DNA from: Acidobacteriota bacterium | Lineage (GTDB): Bacteria > Acidobacteriota > Blastocatellia > RBC074 | DNA length: 38,023 nucleotides | Reading direction: 5' to 3' | Assembly: GCA_031418175.1 (NCBI GenBank) | Contig: JANOWX010000554.1 | Location: forward strand, 1-38,023 | In this document: one piece after another, positions 35,225-38,023 of the stretch | Position numbering within the stretch: the first letter of the stretch is position 1 | Layout of the letters: every line of letters starts with the position of its first letter | Notes under the pieces: generated by a model | Databases searched by the model: none | What the model was told of the DNA's origin: nothing | Seen by the model: only the letters and a program-made list of their open reading frames with translations | Made by a program: the position numbers and the translations under genes

Positions 35225-35920
35225 TCACGGCAAATCAAGCAAGATCAACTCGCTCGTTTGCGCCGCCGCCAACGCCAGCCCCCCCGCCTCGACGATGCGC
35301 GCCTGATCGCCTGTCTGCAATTGCTCGCCATTCAACGTCACTTCGCCCTCGATCAAATACAGAAACGCGCGCCGTCCCTCTTTCAACACATGCGTCACCT
35401 GCTCGCCCGTGTTCAGCCGCGCCACATAAAACGTCGCGTCCTGATGAATTTTCAAAACGCCCGGCGCAGTTTGTCCCGCCACAATCGGCAACAATTTGCC
35501 TGCGCGTTCCGCCTCAGTGAATTGCAGTTGTTCGTAACCCGGCGTCAGTCCCGGCTGTTCCGGCAGTAACCAGATTTGCAACAACCGCACCGGCGCGGTC
35601 TCTGAAGCATTCATCTCTGAATGCGCGATGCCCGTCCCGGCGGTCATGCGCTGCACCTCGCCCGCGCGAATCAGCCCGCGCCCGCCGGTGCTGTCCTTGT
35701 GCGCCAATGCGCCGCTCAGCACGTAGGTCACAATCTCCATCTCGCGGTGCGGATGCGTCGGGAAGCCACCGCCACCGGCAATCGTGTCGTGATTGAACAC
35801 GCGCAACGGCCCGAAATTCAGGTTGGCCGGATCGTAGTAGCGGTCGAAACTGAACAGCCAATAGGCCGACAGCCAATCGCTCTCCAAATGAAATCGTTCG
35901 TCTGCTCTGATGATTTGCAT
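35225..35920 (-). CDS. Pirin-family protein (cupin)
   Basis: GGAGGA precedes ATG 35920. The metal motif FPTHPHREMEIVTYVLSG...H and a bicupin-length body fit the family. Confidence 0.85.
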   Translation of the reverse strand: MQIIRADERFHLESDWLSAYWLFSFDRYYDPANLNFGPLRVFNHDTIAGGGGFPTHPHREMEIVTYVLSGALAHKDSTGGRGLIRAGEVQRMTAGTGIAHSEMNASETAPVRLLQIWLLPEQPGLTPGYEQLQFTEAERAGKLLPIVAGQTAPGVLKIHQDATFYVARLNTGEQVTHVLKEGRRAFLYLIEGEVTLNGEQLQTGDQARIVEAGGLALAAAQTSELILLDLP

Positions 35921-35955
35921 AGCTTTCCTCCTTATCACTTAAATCTTGTTTCTCA

Positions 35956-35980
35956 GTCAACTGCTTCCCAGTTGACAATC
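35956..35980. promoter_or_regulatory. Candidate MarR operator upstream of the pirin gene
   Basis: The palindrome is gtcaactg-cttcc-cagttgac (35956-35976). The 13-mer ccagttgacaatc (35968-35980) recurs on the opposite strand at 36464-36476. Confidence 0.45.
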
Positions 35981-35992
35981 CAGCCAAAAAAA

Positions 35993-36433
35993 TTACGCGT
36001 CCGACAGCTTGCCCAGCAAGCGAAAGAGCGTCTTCTGCTCCTCGCGCGTCAACGGCTTGAGCGCCTCGTTGGCAAAGCCGACGACCTCGCTCAGCGTCTC
36101 GGTCAGGAAGCGCGCGCCCGCCTCGGTCAGCGCCACCTGTTTAACGCGCCGGTCGCCGCAGGCCAGCCGTTCGACGAAGCCTGCCTGTTCCAAGGCATCC
36201 ACCAGCTTGGTCACATTCGCCCGCGTCGAAAGCATGCGCCGCCCGATCTCGGTCTGCGCCAGCGGCTCGCGCACGCCGTTCAGGATGCGCAGCACGTTGT
36301 AGTGGTTATCGGTCATGCCCCACTTGCCAAAACGCTCGTCCGAGGCCCGCCACAAACGGTCGCCCACCCGCATCAAGCGGATCAGCGCCTGCTCGGCCAC
36401 GCTCGGCGTTATTTTCACTTGTTGTTTCGTCAT
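35993..36433 (-). CDS. MarR-family transcriptional regulator
   Basis: A winged-helix pattern is present (GMTDNHYNVLRILNGVREPLAQTEIGRRMLSTRANVTKLVDALEQAGFVER...DRRV). The start is uncertain: ATG 36433, ATG 36445 or TTG 36487. Confidence 0.8.
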   Translation of the reverse strand: MTKQQVKITPSVAEQALIRLMRVGDRLWRASDERFGKWGMTDNHYNVLRILNGVREPLAQTEIGRRMLSTRANVTKLVDALEQAGFVERLACGDRRVKQVALTEAGARFLTETLSEVVGFANEALKPLTREEQKTLFRLLGKLSDA

Positions 36434-36460
36434 CACGCCGCGCATTATCCACAGCACCCG

Positions 36461-36493
36461 CCAGATTGTCAACTGGGCAACATTCAACTGCTT
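36461..36493. promoter_or_regulatory. Candidate MarR autoregulatory operator
   Basis: ccagattgtcaactgg (36461-36476) is the reverse complement of ccagttgacaatctgg. tcaactgctt (36484-36493) also matches 35957-35966. Confidence 0.4.
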
Positions 36494-36596
36494 AACTATA
36501 TCGCCGGCCTGCTGTACAGCCTGGCCGCCGCCGCTCTAAGATGCCGCCCGCCAACGCAGTTCAATCTCAAGACATTGTTTCGGAGTCCGACCCTCT

Positions 36597-37931
36597 ATGC
36601 TGCTGAAGTTCATCAAACTGGCGCTCTATCCGCTCTTCCGCATCTTCTTTGCGGTCGAATATCACGGCCTCGAAAACGTTCCAGCGCGCGGCGCGGTCAT
36701 CCTCGCAGGCAATCATCCGTCGTACCTCGACCCGCTGCTGGTGCTGCTGCCGGTCGCGCGTCCGATTCGGTTTATGGGTTGGGATCTGCTTTTCAAGCTT
36801 CCGCTGTTCGGCCAAATCATCCGCGCGCTGGGCGCCTTCCCGGTGGACATCCGCAAAGGCAAAGGCGAGGCCGCCTTTCAACAAGCCTTGCGTGTGCTCA
36901 ACGAAGGTGAGGCACTGGGCATCTTCCCCGAAGGCCAACGCAGCGAACAGGGGCCGATGGGCGAATTGCGCACCGGGGTCGCGCGGCTGGCCATCGAATC
37001 GGGCGCGCCCATCGTGCCGATCACAATTGGCGGCGCCTCGCGCGCCTGGCCGAAGTGGAAGCTGTTGCCCAAACCCGCCAAGCTGGTCGTGCGCTTTCAC
37101 GCGCCGCTGCAACTGGACACCGCCGAATGCGCCGCGCGCCGCGCCGACAAAGAGTTTCACCAGGAAGTAATGCAGCAGGTCGCCGCGCGTATCAACCGTT
37201 CGCTGCGCCCCGCGTTGCACGTCGCCAGCCAGCTCGAAAAACGCTACGCGCAACCGCCGTCGAACATTCGCACCTACGAATGGGCGCCGCTGCTGACCGC
37301 GCTGATCGCCGTGCTGGTCGCGTGGCGGCGTGGCACGTTGGCGGCGCACAGCTTCGACATCCTGTTGCCGGTCGCGTGTTATTACTTTTATCTGGCGGCT
37401 GATTTGGCGCTGATTCGACCGTCGCGGCTGGCGAAATGGCTGCGCAACTCAATGCCCATCTGGCTGATCCTGCTCTGGCATTATCCGTTGACGCGCGCGA
37501 CGGCGCTGCCCGCGGGCGAACTCAACACCTGGCTCGTACTGGCGGCGCTGGCGGCTTTCTTCCCCTTCTTTTACGCAGACTATTTTGCGCTGCAAAAGTT
37601 CGTGCGCGGCTTGGTGGTGAGTTACTACTTTTCGCTGGCGTTGTTGCTGGCGTGGCCGCATCCGCTGGGGACGCTCGCGGCGGTGCTGAGTTTCATCGTG
37701 CTGTTTTGCTGGCGCAATCGCGTGGTGTTTTACCGCTGGACGGTGCTGATTGGACTGGCAGTGCTGGCTGCCGCGACCGCGCTGACAACAGCCTCGCACT
37801 GGCCGCTGCTGGCGTTCGTGATGCTAGCCGTCGCCGTACTCGCCTATCTGCAAACCTTCACTTCGATTGCCTACGACATTCGCCGCGCGGGCAACGTGAC
37901 TTTAGCGGGTGATGGCCCACTTGAGCGGTGA
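36597..37931 (+). CDS. PlsC-type lysophospholipid acyltransferase fused to a C-terminal polytopic membrane domain
   Basis: Acyltransferase motifs are NHPSYLDP (HX4D), GAFPVDI, FPEGQRS and PIVPITI. After about residue 230 there are multiple hydrophobic helices. Confidence 0.8.
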   Translation: MLLKFIKLALYPLFRIFFAVEYHGLENVPARGAVILAGNHPSYLDPLLVLLPVARPIRFMGWDLLFKLPLFGQIIRALGAFPVDIRKGKGEAAFQQALRVLNEGEALGIFPEGQRSEQGPMGELRTGVARLAIESGAPIVPITIGGASRAWPKWKLLPKPAKLVVRFHAPLQLDTAECAARRADKEFHQEVMQQVAARINRSLRPALHVASQLEKRYAQPPSNIRTYEWAPLLTALIAVLVAWRRGTLAAHSFDILLPVACYYFYLAADLALIRPSRLAKWLRNSMPIWLILLWHYPLTRATALPAGELNTWLVLAALAAFFPFFYADYFALQKFVRGLVVSYYFSLALLLAWPHPLGTLAAVLSFIVLFCWRNRVVFYRWTVLIGLAVLAAATALTTASHWPLLAFVMLAVAVLAYLQTFTSIAYDIRRAGNVTLAGDGPLER

Positions 37932-37933
37932 AT

Positions 37934-38017
37934 GCAAAAAAGCATGGAGTTCAGGCTTCAGCCTGTCTTGGAGATCACGAACACAGGCTGAAGCCAGAAC
38001 ACCATGCTCTTTTGCGC
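37934..38017. repeat. Long imperfect hairpin after the acyltransferase gene (terminator/REP-like)
   Basis: gcaaaaaagcatggagttcaggcttcagcctgt (37934-37966) pairs with acaggctgaagccagaacaccatgctcttttgcgc (37983-38017). Each arm also contains the small palindrome aggcttcagcct. Confidence 0.6.
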
Positions 38018-38023
38018 ATGTGC

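Noticed and set aside
35621-36910. 429-aa ORF spanning the pirin, MarR and acyltransferase loci on the + strand
   Set aside because: It runs antisense through two well-supported genes and an intergenic region. It is low-complexity with no motifs.
36567-37349. 260-aa ORF antisense to the acyltransferase gene
   Set aside because: It is an Arg-rich shadow ORF. The sense frame carries the HX4D and FPEGxR acyltransferase motifs.

Overview
High-GC bacterial chromosomal segment. The C-terminal domain on ORF 12502-14769 resembles the Solibacter-type 'Soli_cterm' domain, which suggests Acidobacteriota (inference). I support about 40 protein-coding genes. I found no rRNA, tRNA, CRISPR array, transposase or integrase. 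Gene content, left to right:
- Tat-signal sugar-phosphate isomerase-like TIM barrel and a DUF3857/transglutaminase-like exported protein.
- A type III polyketide synthase operon (PKS, membrane protein, SAM methyltransferase).
- A HigB/HigA-like toxin-antitoxin pair in which both genes carry lesions.
- A tightly packed three-gene operon: a cNMP-binding four-cluster ferredoxin fused to a membrane domain, an FHA-anchored heptaheme cytochrome c, and a ClpX paralogue without the zinc finger.
- A defence-island-like block: MNT/HEPN, DUF433/PIN-like, and a vWA + PP2C + Ser/Thr kinase (TerY-P-type) triad whose kinase is fused through one hydrophobic segment to a 7-bladed WD40 propeller.
- DUF1844, an MBL hydrolase, ribF and an alpha/beta hydrolase.
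- Three tandem zinc-ribbon/TM paralogues.
- Three more paralogues (four in the window) of an exported heme-c domain fused to a PHM/DBH-like copper monooxygenase core, interspersed with GNAT, small membrane proteins and an AT-richer insert of small genes.
- A MarR-pirin operon and a PlsC-type acyltransferase fused to a polytopic membrane domain.
Intergenic DNA holds several families of long palindromic (REP/MITE-like) repeats, and one copy is wedged inside the triad operon. The strongest candidates for something undescribed are the cNMP/FeS-FHA/multiheme-ClpX-like operon, the kinase-WD40 triad variant and the heme-c/copper monooxygenase family. All family assignments come from motif reading by eye, not database searches.
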